A DNA stretch of 64,000 nt from a bacterium (lineage in GTDB: Bacteria; SAR324; NAC60-12), in contig OZ242383.1 in the NCBI GenBank assembly GCA_965209155.1, positions 3,200,001 to 3,264,000 of the forward strand. Direction: 5' to 3'. Shown here piece by piece: positions 1-9,108 of this stretch. Numbering within the stretch: position 1 is the stretch's first letter; the number at the start of each line of letters is the position of its first letter. A model generated the notes under the pieces. The model saw only the letters and a program-made list of their open reading frames with translations. It did no database searches and was not told the DNA's origin. Both the position numbers and the translations under genes were made by a program.

Positions 1-6
1 GCTCTA

Positions 7-969
7 TTGGCCGATGAAGCCCGCATGACTCGAGGCGTCCTTTTCTCTTGCGCCTTAGAAATGAAGGAAATTGACCGTGTTGGCAAAAATGTGATGGATA
101 TGCGTGCCGAAGGTCTCAACGTCACCTCGGTAACACCACCCCGCAGTGGTGGATTTTTGACGGGACTCTCTGCCACGCTGCCATTTCCAATCTCAAAGAA
201 CCCTGATCAGTTTGAAGCCTGGACAGAGTTGAAATCACTTGATTTTGCAGGACGTCTCCAGGCAATACGCGATCCCCAAATGCGTCAGCGTCTTGAAAAC
301 GAAGCAAAAATCAAAGATTCGGATTTATTTGTATTCAGTCATAGAGAATACTCCCTGATGAAGAATGCCTTCTACATAGGCAATGGTTTACGACCCTTAT
401 ACACTCAAGATCCCTCGCAAAGTCTTTTCGCTTTGGCCCAAGAGACCGGGGAGCACCCGGCTGAAATCTGGCTGCGCATCAGCGATGAAACCAACGGGAA
501 AGCTCTTTTTCACATGCGCCTTTTTAATTTTGACCTCGAGGCTCTCCCCGAATTGATCACCACCGATTGGGCCATGCCCGGCCTTGGTGACGCAGGAGCG
601 CACGTCAGCCAGATGATTGACTCGGGCTGGGCCACGTTTACCCTGTCTCACTGGCACAGAGACTACGGACTTTATTCGATCCAGGAAGCCGTTCGGCGGA
701 TTAGCGCGGTTCCGGCATACGTCTTGGGACTTGAGGATCGTGGGACCTTGGCGGTTGGCAAGCGCGCAGACATCAATGTTTTCGATATGGCCCGGCTTGA
801 AGAACGTATGCCGGAAATCGTGCATGATTTTCCTTTCGGAGCTCCCCGGTTCATCCAGCGGGCAGTCGGATACAAAGCCACGGTTTGCAACGGTCAGGTA
901 ATCCTGCTTGACGATGAACTGACTGGTAACCGTCCAGGACTCGTACTGCGCAATGGGACTTCCGGATAA
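7..969 (+). CDS. Amidohydrolase, N-acyl-D-amino-acid deacylase-like; C-terminal part, true start probably before the window
   Basis: GDAGAH and DRGTLAVGKRADINVFD motifs; C-terminal GNRPG. Confidence 0.8.
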   Translation: MADEARMTRGVLFSCALEMKEIDRVGKNVMDMRAEGLNVTSVTPPRSGGFLTGLSATLPFPISKNPDQFEAWTELKSLDFAGRLQAIRDPQMRQRLENEAKIKDSDLFVFSHREYSLMKNAFYIGNGLRPLYTQDPSQSLFALAQETGEHPAEIWLRISDETNGKALFHMRLFNFDLEALPELITTDWAMPGLGDAGAHVSQMIDSGWATFTLSHWHRDYGLYSIQEAVRRISAVPAYVLGLEDRGTLAVGKRADINVFDMARLEERMPEIVHDFPFGAPRFIQRAVGYKATVCNGQVILLDDELTGNRPGLVLRNGTSG

Positions 970-1007
970 GGAAGCGTCCTTCCTGAGAAGGCGCTAAACG
1001 CCACAAT

Positions 1008-2243
1008 TCACTTCCGGCTTTGCGCTAATTTTTCAAAAGCGTGATTGGTGGCCTCTAAGGCTTTTTCTATCGTTTCTCTGGTGTGCGCCAGGGAGAGGAA
1101 CCAATTGTGCCAGGGGTGCAAATACACTCCGGATTCCATGGCCACCCGGCAAAATTGAAATCCTTTCTCAAAATCAGGATCGTCATCAAAGAGGACCATC
1201 GGCATTTGCGCAGGCCCGGTTTGTCGGATCGGGATGCCATGATACTGGGATTGTTCTGCCAACCCCAAGCGCCATTGATTGCCTATTTTTTCCAAATACT
1301 CCGGGGCTTGGGCGTCTTCCAGTAAATTTAACGTAGCTAAGGCGGCTGCCATGGGGGAGGCTTGATACCAAAAGGATCCGGTGACGAAGATACTGGCAGC
1401 GGCCTGTCGAAAATGTTCATTGCCCGTCACGGCAGAGAGACTCAAACCATTGGCCAGCGCTTTTCCCCAGGTAGTGAGATCCGGCTGAATCCCCAAGAGC
1501 GTCCAACTGGCATCCAGGCTCAGACGCAAACCCGCCCGGACGTCATCCAGGATCAAGGCCGCCTCATTGGTATCACATAGCTGACGTACTGCTTTTGCAA
1601 ATTCGAGAGTGGGCATGATTTGATCGACCCTCGCATCGTGTTTGAAGGCAGAAACGACGATTCCTGCCAAATCATCTTTTCCTTGCTCTGCTGCTTCAAG
1701 GAGGCTGTCTACGTTATTATATTGATAGTAAAGCAGATGGGCGCGATCTCCTGCAACAACTCCCTCCAGGACCGGGGTGCACCAAGGCATGGAGCCATGA
1801 TACGCATTTTCAGCCAGGAGAATCACTTTGCGACGGGTTGCCGCTCTGGCAATGGTCAGGCAGGTCGTGGTCGCATCATTGCCATTCTTGACAAACATGG
1901 CCCACTTTGCATGAGAAACCTGCTCCACCAGCCGTTCCGCCAATTCCACCATCACCGGAGCAGGTCCGCTGGCTGTCTCCAATTTTGAACTTTGGCGACG
2001 GGCCGCTTCCTCGACAACAGGGTGTTGATATCCCAGGATCATTGGACCAAAGGCACACATAAAATCGATATACTCATTCCCGTCCACATCCCACAATCGG
2101 CAATCCGCCGCACGTTCAAAAAATTGGGGATACCCTGATGGCATTCGTCTTTGCACCGACATGTGGCCATACATCGTTCCGGGAATGACTTCTTTGGCAC
2201 GACGAACGTACTCTTGATCCTTTTTGTTTCTGAAATTGTCCAT
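1008..2243 (-). CDS. Class III PLP aminotransferase (glutamate-1-semialdehyde aminomutase-like)
   Basis: WDVDGNEYIDF, LILDDVRAG and PDLTTWGKALANG motifs; start moved to MDNFRN (2243) because the longer ORF begins inside the repeat element. Confidence 0.85.
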   Translation of the reverse strand: MDNFRNKKDQEYVRRAKEVIPGTMYGHMSVQRRMPSGYPQFFERAADCRLWDVDGNEYIDFMCAFGPMILGYQHPVVEEAARRQSSKLETASGPAPVMVELAERLVEQVSHAKWAMFVKNGNDATTTCLTIARAATRRKVILLAENAYHGSMPWCTPVLEGVVAGDRAHLLYYQYNNVDSLLEAAEQGKDDLAGIVVSAFKHDARVDQIMPTLEFAKAVRQLCDTNEAALILDDVRAGLRLSLDASWTLLGIQPDLTTWGKALANGLSLSAVTGNEHFRQAAASIFVTGSFWYQASPMAAALATLNLLEDAQAPEYLEKIGNQWRLGLAEQSQYHGIPIRQTGPAQMPMVLFDDDPDFEKGFQFCRVAMESGVYLHPWHNWFLSLAHTRETIEKALEATNHAFEKLAQSRK

Positions 2244-2351
2244 AAAACTTACCTTGCTCGGCTGGTGTTCTGATTGCTGGCATAGCGATGATGTGCGAAC
2301 AATAGCACTTGGAAACAGGTTTGTAAAGGCAATTATAGAAAGTTTTTTAAT

Positions 2352-2913
2352 TAATCTCATTAAACCACCAGCTCTGCTGGTGCGAACCTAATAGGCTTTG
2401 CCGGTCAGACATGAGAAAGGTATCCGTGTCCGTTAGCCGTGCTCGTGCTCGTGAACGGTCAGTGAATTTGACGGCACATTTTGGTTAACATAGAAACAAT
2501 GCGATGAAGTAACTGTTTCCCTTCGTCAAATAAAGGAGGCTGGATGATCTTCAACACGTTTAAAACATCGAGAATAGCAGCGCATTCCATTGCGGAACCT
2601 CGGTCAAATGCATAGAATCGTTGCTTGTCAGGAAAGGAATTTTTTCCACAGCCTTCTGCGATATTGAGAGGAATCGACCATGAGGCCCTTTTCAGTTGGT
2701 CAACTAAGGCTGAGTATCCTTTTGGCGATGTTTCGATGACTTGGACAGATAACGCTAAAAATTCGATGGAACATTGGTATACATCGAGTTTTTCATGATC
2801 TAACATGGCAGCCTTTTTCGTTCACGAGCACGAGCACGTCATACGATGACGAACACGTTTTGCCCTCATACTGGGGGCCTCTTCAAGCCACCGGCTCTGC
2901 CGGTGGTGATGAC
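2352..2913 (+). mobile_element. Non-autonomous IS200/IS605-ended element with four-helix-bundle cargo, copy 1 (562 bp)
   Basis: Follows TTAAT; left hairpin CCACCAGC-TCT-GCTGGTG; right hairpin CCACCGGC-TCT-GCCGGTGG then TGATGAC; near-identical to four other copies. Confidence 0.9.
2459..2806 (-). CDS. Four helix bundle protein (23S rRNA IVP / TIGR02436-like)
   Basis: HEKLDVYQ, DQLKRASWSIPLNIAEG and RGSAMEC motifs; 115 aa. Confidence 0.9.
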   Translation of the reverse strand: MLDHEKLDVYQCSIEFLALSVQVIETSPKGYSALVDQLKRASWSIPLNIAEGCGKNSFPDKQRFYAFDRGSAMECAAILDVLNVLKIIQPPLFDEGKQLLHRIVSMLTKMCRQIH

Positions 2914-3129
2914 TTTTTGGTAGGTTTCTTTACGAGATGGTTGGTATGGTATGTTTCGTCGCTGGGCGGACCGGAAATGCTGGATTTGAGACAAGAGGGG
3001 CCCTGAAGTTTAAAGGCCACATTGCGCATCCAAATATCATAAAACTCTCTTTAGGCGAGACCTCGCCTGAAACCCTCCATTTAAACTAGGATCCGCCCAG
3101 TTATTTCTGCGGTACCTCACCCTCTGAAG

Positions 3130-3933
3130 TCATTCCCCAGCCGGTTGGTCTGGTTTTGACCACCCCTTGTCGCCGGCCTTCAGACCCCCGTCAACGTTGA
3201 TGAACGTTCCCGAAACGAAGTCAGAGGCCGGGGAGGCAAGAAACACAGCCGCCCCCGCCAGGTCCTCCGGATTGCCTATTCGACCGGCCGGGGTCTCGTC
3301 GATGATGTAGGCGGTGCGCTCTTTGTTCTCCCAGACACCGACGGTCATCTCTGAATAGGTCCAACTGGGTGCTAGCAGATTGACCTGAATGTTGTCGGCT
3401 CCCCAGTCCAGGGCCATGGTCTGTGTCAGGTTTAACAAACCGGCCTTGCTCGCCGAATAGGGCGCATTGCCCGCAGCGGCAATCAGGGAATAGCCTGACC
3501 CAATATTGATGATTTTGCCCCCGCCGGCTTTCACCAGCATCGGGTGGGCCGCTTGAGAGACCAGGAACACCGAGGTCAGGTTGGTATCGATGACCCGATG
3601 CCAGGTCTCCAGGGTCACAGTCTGGGCCGGTTCACCGCCGTGACCGATGCCGGAATTATTGACCAGGATGTTGAGGCTGCCCAGTTCGCGGACCGCCATC
3701 TCTACAGTGTTGAGGATGTCGTCCTGCTCGAGGACGTCGCAGCGCACCCCGATGCAGCGGCGATCCAGGGCTTCGATTTCTTTGACGACGGCTGCCGTCT
3801 TCTGTTCATTGCGCGCCGCCACGACGATATCCGCCCCGTGCTGTGCCAGCCCTACGGCAATGGCGCGCCCAATCCCCCCGTTACCGCCGGTAACGATGGC
3901 CACCTTTCCGGTAAGATCAAACATGTCACTCAT
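3130..3933 (-). CDS. SDR oxidoreductase (KduD/gluconate 5-dehydrogenase-like)
   Basis: TGGNGGIG, NNSG and YSASK motifs; GGAGG RBS. Confidence 0.9.
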   Translation of the reverse strand: MSDMFDLTGKVAIVTGGNGGIGRAIAVGLAQHGADIVVAARNEQKTAAVVKEIEALDRRCIGVRCDVLEQDDILNTVEMAVRELGSLNILVNNSGIGHGGEPAQTVTLETWHRVIDTNLTSVFLVSQAAHPMLVKAGGGKIINIGSGYSLIAAAGNAPYSASKAGLLNLTQTMALDWGADNIQVNLLAPSWTYSEMTVGVWENKERTAYIIDETPAGRIGNPEDLAGAAVFLASPASDFVSGTFINVDGGLKAGDKGWSKPDQPAGE

Positions 3934-4010
3934 GTTACTACCTCCATACGAGAATAAAGAAAAATCAATAAATCAATGAATAAGATAACAAATATAAAAG
4001 GTGATTAATC

Positions 4011-4170
4011 ATCCTCCCGCTATTTTGGATATCAAATAAAAATCAATGATTCTGCTTGACGCATCGTGCAACGTCACGCTGCGGAAAATAGACAGTAGAC
4101 AAATAGCAAACATTCGTCAACAGAATTATTAATCAAAGCATCCTGCAACGTCAGCGCTGCCGACAAAGGA
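4011..4170. repeat. Diverged non-coding repeat, homologous to 18699-18880
   Basis: Shared blocks ATATCAAATA, AAATCAATGAT, TGCTTGACGCATCG, AAATAGCAA and GTCAACAGAATTATT in the same order. Confidence 0.8.
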
Positions 4171-4326
4171 TGGGGGGCCAAGAGCCTGGGGTGATTTATT
4201 GCAAAGAGAAGAAAAAGCGCTTGCGGAAGTCGAACGGCTCCGTGCTCTCCTCCAAGAGAAAGATTCCGATCCCCGCTAATATCGGGTCTGGTTTTCGTGA
4301 TTTATTTTCGTAACTGTCCCCGGATT

Positions 4327-5265
4327 TCAAAGAGCGAGCGCTTCCAGGGTTTGCTGAATATCAGGAGGGAGCGGGCCGGCCTGGGCGGCCACGACGCTCT
4401 CCTCAATCTCTTCGGGTGTGGACGCGCCCACCAGGATAGTCGTAATCTCCCGATTGGCCATCAAAAAGCGCACACTCATCGCCGCAATCGAAAGACCCGT
4501 GGTCCGGGCCAACTCGAGGAGGCGCGCATCCTTGAAGATCGCTCCGTTGATGGGGCCTTTGCCCACAGAAAAAATGCCGCCAATCACATAGGCCATGCCC
4601 TGTTCACGAATGACCGGGAGCATCACACGCGGAGAAGTACGGTCCTTCAGCGAATACCCGCCGGCGGCCAGGCACATGTCGAGTTTCACCTGCTGCATCA
4701 CATGAGCCAGGAGCTCTAACCGGTAGCCACTGAGACCCAGGTAGCGGCAGAACCCCCGCACCTTGGCCTCACGAAGGGCTTGCATCACCGGTGCATTCTC
4801 GTAGTCGAGCGACTCCTCAATCTCCACGATCTCCATCTGCTCCCCTTCTTTCGCGTCCGGCTTCCAGAATCGTCTATGTTGCATATCGTGGCCTAAGAGC
4901 ACGTCGACCCGGTCACGACGCAGGACACGGAGGTTGTCTCGTACCTGCGCGAGACAATCTTCTACCGAATGATTGTAGGTCCGCCAGGCATTAATCTTAG
5001 TGGCCAGTAAATGCGGCTTGCTCGTCCCCTCGAGCCCCTCACCCATAATGCGTTGCGATTCACCCTCGCTGATCCACTTCCCATCAGCCGCGATGCCGTA
5101 CCAAGGAGAGGTATCAAAATAGCTGATCCCCAGATCCAACGCATGTTTGACGGTGGCCAGCCCGTGCTGATAGCTGTGCTTATGGAGCGCGGCGCCACCC
5201 AGCCCGATGAGGCTGACCATCTCCCCTGTACGCCCGAAGGGGCGCTGTTCCAGTGTCCCTGTCAT
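4327..5265 (-). CDS. Aldo/keto reductase
   Basis: IGLGG, FDTSPWYG and LLATK motifs; start MTGTLE after a GGAGGAG RBS. Confidence 0.85.
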   Translation of the reverse strand: MTGTLEQRPFGRTGEMVSLIGLGGAALHKHSYQHGLATVKHALDLGISYFDTSPWYGIAADGKWISEGESQRIMGEGLEGTSKPHLLATKINAWRTYNHSVEDCLAQVRDNLRVLRRDRVDVLLGHDMQHRRFWKPDAKEGEQMEIVEIEESLDYENAPVMQALREAKVRGFCRYLGLSGYRLELLAHVMQQVKLDMCLAAGGYSLKDRTSPRVMLPVIREQGMAYVIGGIFSVGKGPINGAIFKDARLLELARTTGLSIAAMSVRFLMANREITTILVGASTPEEIEESVVAAQAGPLPPDIQQTLEALAL

Positions 5266-5657
5266 AGAAACTCCTCCCCAGGCCTCGCCCACGGCTTCAG
5301 CTCCCCGATGATCGGTGTGTCGCGCGTGATGCGCTCCGCATTGCGGTCGCCCAGATGGCCCACGCCGTACCAGACCTTGAAGCCCAGGAGATCGAGAAGC
5401 TCTTGGGAGGCTTCCTCATACACCTCAGGAAGCAACACCAACGGATAGTTCTCGAAGGGCCTGAACATGGGCGGTTGGTAAGCGAAGGTGAGGCCCTTCC
5501 GCTCGCCAGTACGCTCGGCCTCGGCCTGCTCGCTGAGGCGCTCGCGTGCTTCGGCAAGCTGTTTTGGGGTCAGCGCTTCCTTGACGAGACAATATCCATG
5601 CTCGTCGATATCTCGTTTCATTGTCCCGGCGTCCCGGGTCCAAGTGGGTAGGGTCAT
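5262..5657 (-). pseudogene. Internally deleted paralog of the phytanoyl-CoA dioxygenase-family gene at 7426-8361
   Basis: N- and C-termini nearly identical to 7426-8361, joined in frame (AEAER|TGERKG); about 189 codons including the HxD...H core are missing. Confidence 0.85.
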
Positions 5658-5688
5658 TTTGCCTCCTAGATAAAGATAAACTCGGTTC

Positions 5689-6564
5689 TCATCGCACGGC
5701 ATCGTAGAATTGGTTCATGGCCTCAATTTGTTGCTCTACTGCACCAATGCCTAGATTCGAGGTGTAAAACGTTACATGAGTGGCTCCAACACTCGCCCAG
5801 CGCTCAGCCTCCCTCTGCCATTCGTCCGGTCCACCGATGCTACTGACCACCCAGCCATCGAGACCAAATGCGCTTGGCTCCCGCCCCTCGGCCTGTAGAT
5901 AGCTATGTAGGCGTTCCAGGGGACCTTCCAGCTTGTCCGGCCGAAACTGCGGCTGTAGTGGAATCCACCCCTGGCCGTATTTCGCAGCGCGTCTCAACAC
6001 CGGCTCCGCTCCACCGCCAAACCAAATCGGAATCGGCTGTTGAATCGGCAGGGGCTTGATCCCCGCGTGGTGCACCCGATCGAACTCGCCATCAAACGTG
6101 ACCTTGCGGTTGGTCCAGAGCAGGTTCATCAGTTCGCACTGCTCCGCCTGGCGACGCCCCCGCACGCGCATGTCCTGACCTAGCCCCTCATATTCGATGG
6201 GGCTGAACCCCACTCCAATTCCCAGGCGCAACCGGCCGCCGGAGACGATATCGAGCTGGGCCGCTTGTTTGGCAACCAGGGCGGTTTGCCGTTGCGGTAG
6301 AACCAACACCCCGCTGGCGAGGCCGACCCGCTCAGTCACCGCCGCGATGTACGCCATGGTCACAAAGATTTCATGGAACGAGTCGTCCACATCATACGGC
6401 CCATCCATGTCGGGTATCGCGGACCAGTCAGCCCCGAGGACGCGGTCCGAGACCACAACAAAATCGAAGCCGATCGCCTCTGCCGCCTGGGCCCAATCGC
6501 GGATCGCGACGTGGTCGGTCGGCAGGTCATTGGTCGGAAAAAACGCGCCAATCTGAATACTCAT
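5689..6564 (-). CDS. LLM-class (probably F420-dependent) oxidoreductase
   Basis: VLVLPQRQTALVAKQAAQLD.VSGGRLRLGIGVG and PIPIWFGG motifs. Confidence 0.85.
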   Translation of the reverse strand: MSIQIGAFFPTNDLPTDHVAIRDWAQAAEAIGFDFVVVSDRVLGADWSAIPDMDGPYDVDDSFHEIFVTMAYIAAVTERVGLASGVLVLPQRQTALVAKQAAQLDIVSGGRLRLGIGVGFSPIEYEGLGQDMRVRGRRQAEQCELMNLLWTNRKVTFDGEFDRVHHAGIKPLPIQQPIPIWFGGGAEPVLRRAAKYGQGWIPLQPQFRPDKLEGPLERLHSYLQAEGREPSAFGLDGWVVSSIGGPDEWQREAERWASVGATHVTFYTSNLGIGAVEQQIEAMNQFYDAVR

Positions 6565-6612
6565 ACTCTTTCCTTTCTATTCTCAAATCCAAAAGTCATG
6601 AAGCTCTCCTTT

Positions 6613-7392
6613 TCAAAACATGAACCTCCCCCCATTCACACTGAGGGTCTGTCCGGTAATATAGCTGGCTTCGTCCGAGGCAAAGAAAGCCACAGCCGCG
6701 GCCATTTCCTCAGGTGTCCCTTTGCCCGTTTTTCTATACAATTTAGGAGTGCTGGGAGGAAGCTTTTTTAAAACATGTGACTCATTCTTTTGCATGTGCT
6801 CTACAAAAAGATCCCCTCCTGGAGTAGTGGCGAAAGGGGAAACACTGTTCACCGTGATATTATGTTCCATGAGTTCTCGTGCCCAGGCCTTGGTCAAGGC
6901 GATGATCCCAGCCTTGGCGGCTCCATAAGCCGCTTCACCGAACTCCCCTTCCCGACCTGCATCAGAACTCATATTGACAATCCTGCCATATTTTCTGGGG
7001 ACCATCCCCTCCAGGACCGCTTTGGTCACCGTCATGGGTCCCCTGAGATTCAGCGCTATTTTCCAGTCCCAGCTCTCCTCGGTACTCTCAATGAAAAGCC
7101 CGAATTCATCCCCACCGACATTGTTTATCAGGACGTCAATTCTTCCAAAGGTATCTTCAACCTCCCGGACGGCGCGCTTCACATCCTGGCTGTCGGTCAC
7201 ATCCATCTTCACCGCGATCGACTTTTTTCCTCCCTGGGAGAGGATCTCCTCAGCCACCACCTGCGCATTGTCAAGTTGGATGTCCAGAATGGCCGTCATA
7301 GCGCCCTCGCTGGCGAGCCTCCGGGTGGTTGCTTCCCCAATCCCTTGAGCCCCGCCCGTGATAATAGCCACTTTCTCTTCGAAACGTTTCAT
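6613..7392 (-). CDS. SDR oxidoreductase (BadH/FabG-like)
   Basis: TGGAQGIG, NNVG, SSDAGR and YGAAK motifs. Confidence 0.9.
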   Translation of the reverse strand: MKRFEEKVAIITGGAQGIGEATTRRLASEGAMTAILDIQLDNAQVVAEEILSQGGKKSIAVKMDVTDSQDVKRAVREVEDTFGRIDVLINNVGGDEFGLFIESTEESWDWKIALNLRGPMTVTKAVLEGMVPRKYGRIVNMSSDAGREGEFGEAAYGAAKAGIIALTKAWARELMEHNITVNSVSPFATTPGGDLFVEHMQKNESHVLKKLPPSTPKLYRKTGKGTPEEMAAAVAFFASDEASYITGQTLSVNGGRFMF

Positions 7393-7425
7393 AGGGTCCC
7401 TTTCTTCATTATTACGAAGCCTTGC

Positions 7426-8361
7426 TCACGGCTTCAGCTCCCCGATGATCGGTGTGTCGCGCGAGATGCGCTCCGCGTTAAAGTCGCCCCGGTGGCCAAT
7501 GCCGAACCAGACCTTGAAGCCCAGGAGATCGAGAAGCTCTTGGGAGGCTTCCTCATACACCTCAGGAAGCAACGCCATCGGATAGTTCTCGAAGGGCCTG
7601 AACATGGGCGGTTGGTAAGCGAAGGTGAGGCCCTTCCGCTCGCCAGTCGGATCCTGAGAGAGGTAGGCTCCAGCTCCATGAATGAGCCGGCCGTCGAAGA
7701 TGAAGCAGTTGCCGGCCGGGCCTGTCACCTGTATCTGGTTCTTAATGTCGTCCTTGTTCGGTCGGCGTCCGAGCTTGTGGCTGCCGGGCACGATCCAGGT
7801 TGCGCCGTTTTCGCTGGTGAAGTCGTCCAGCATCCAAAAGACATTGCACACGATGCACGGCATCAGGGTCACTCCTGGTGTCACGGGCTGCCCAGGATTC
7901 GCGCGTGTGATCGATCCGGCTCGCATCGGCTCGTCATAGCGGCCGGCCGATGGGACGAACCATTGGTCCTGGTGCAGCGTCTGCGCTTGGCCACCACTGC
8001 GAATGATGACCGCCAAGAGATTTTGGATACGGATTTCCTCGCCGAGCACATGGCGCACAATGTCCAGAATGTCCGGCAGCGCAGCCATCTCGCGAAAGAT
8101 GCGGCCCTTGTTTGCGAGAAAATTCACAGCTTGGTTGTTGCCATCCTCGGGTTCCGGAAATTCTCCCAGGTCATCAGGGATCCGGCCGTTACTGAAGAAG
8201 CCGACGCCGGCCTTGCGCTCGGCCTCGGCCTGCTCGCTGAGACGCTTTTGAGCTTCGACAAGCTGTTCCGGGGTCAGCGCTTCCTTGACGAGACAATATC
8301 CATGCTCGTCGATATCTCGTTTCATGGTCCCGGCGTCGCGGGTCCAAGTGGGTAGGGTCAT
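7426..8361 (-). CDS. Phytanoyl-CoA dioxygenase-family Fe(II)/2-oxoglutarate dioxygenase
   Basis: LHQD, DFTSENGATWIVPGSH and LIHGAG motifs. Confidence 0.9.
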   Translation of the reverse strand: MTLPTWTRDAGTMKRDIDEHGYCLVKEALTPEQLVEAQKRLSEQAEAERKAGVGFFSNGRIPDDLGEFPEPEDGNNQAVNFLANKGRIFREMAALPDILDIVRHVLGEEIRIQNLLAVIIRSGGQAQTLHQDQWFVPSAGRYDEPMRAGSITRANPGQPVTPGVTLMPCIVCNVFWMLDDFTSENGATWIVPGSHKLGRRPNKDDIKNQIQVTGPAGNCFIFDGRLIHGAGAYLSQDPTGERKGLTFAYQPPMFRPFENYPMALLPEVYEEASQELLDLLGFKVWFGIGHRGDFNAERISRDTPIIGELKP

Positions 8362-8404
8362 TTTGCCTCCTTTATAAACTTTGAATACTCATACTCTTTA
8401 CTGC

Positions 8405-8716
8405 TTACTCAATAATTTCAAGCCAAACTATCTTTGCAGGCCCGTCTGTCATACCTGCCGACTTCTGCCCGTACTCACTTTCAGGATCTCGGTTAGGATC
8501 TTTCGTGTAATTTTCATAATCTTCCATTTTTTCCCATTTACACCATATGTGGACGGTGCTTTGACCCGAATCATCTGTGGAAACTCCACTTTCCAAAGAA
8601 ATAAGCCCAGGTTTTGATTTTGTGAGAGCAAATCCTTTTGGAGACTTCAATAAATCCACAAATTCATCCTTCTTATCTTTTTTAATTTTCATTTCACAGA
8701 TATAAAGTACAGCCAT
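8405..8716 (-). CDS. Antibiotic biosynthesis monooxygenase (ABM)-like protein
   Basis: 103 aa, KPG.IS and KWEKMEDY pattern; GGAGG RBS; AT-rich compared with neighbours. Confidence 0.6.
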   Translation of the reverse strand: MAVLYICEMKIKKDKKDEFVDLLKSPKGFALTKSKPGLISLESGVSTDDSGQSTVHIWCKWEKMEDYENYTKDPNRDPESEYGQKSAGMTDGPAKIVWLEIIE

Positions 8717-8753
8717 ATTCCTCCTGCAAATTAAAATATTAAAGAATCCACCT

Positions 8754-9026
8754 TGACTAGCCGTCCGCGACTAGCCATCCGCCATAGAAGGTGGTTTTGA
8801 TGGGCCCCTGGAAGGGGCGTCTCGTGATCGTACTCGTGAGCCGTGCTCGTGAGCCGTGCTCGTGCTCGTGAACGAAACGGCATCCCTGAGAATCCTGGAT
8901 TCCCTGCCGTCTCTTCTATTCGGAATCCCCCTCTCAAGGGAATCGGGAACGTTTCTATCGAGCACGAGCACGATTACGAACACGGGCACGTTTCTGGCAG
9001 AGCCGATTATCTCTGACCATGACTAG
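8754..9026. repeat. MITE-like element with inverted GTGCTC/GAGCAC hexamer arrays
   Basis: TGACTAG at both ends; arrays at 8821-8874 and 8959-8990; 27 bp identical to the inner arm of element copy 5. Confidence 0.65.
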
Positions 9027-9108
9027 GCTGGGCCGTATTCGGATCCCCGCCCAAAGGACGTGGTTTAATCAGATAAAATTAAAGCTCTCATTCTCACAAA
9101 TCTGAACC

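Noticed and set aside
2244..2360. N-terminal extension of the aminotransferase (and ORF 19223-19474)
   Set aside because: These frames begin or end within the element's left end and add no recognisable domain.
2352..2913. 23S rRNA intervening sequence
   Set aside because: No rRNA sequence flanks any copy.
4200..4279. Short frame QREEKALAEVERLRALLQEK
   Set aside because: It looks like an orphan gene tail but is too short to assign.
6790..8355. 521-aa plus-strand ORF
   Set aside because: Antisense shadow of the SDR and dioxygenase genes, with no motifs.
8821..8990. CRISPR array
   Set aside because: These are short hexamer repeats in inverted arrangement, with no unique spacers and no cas genes.
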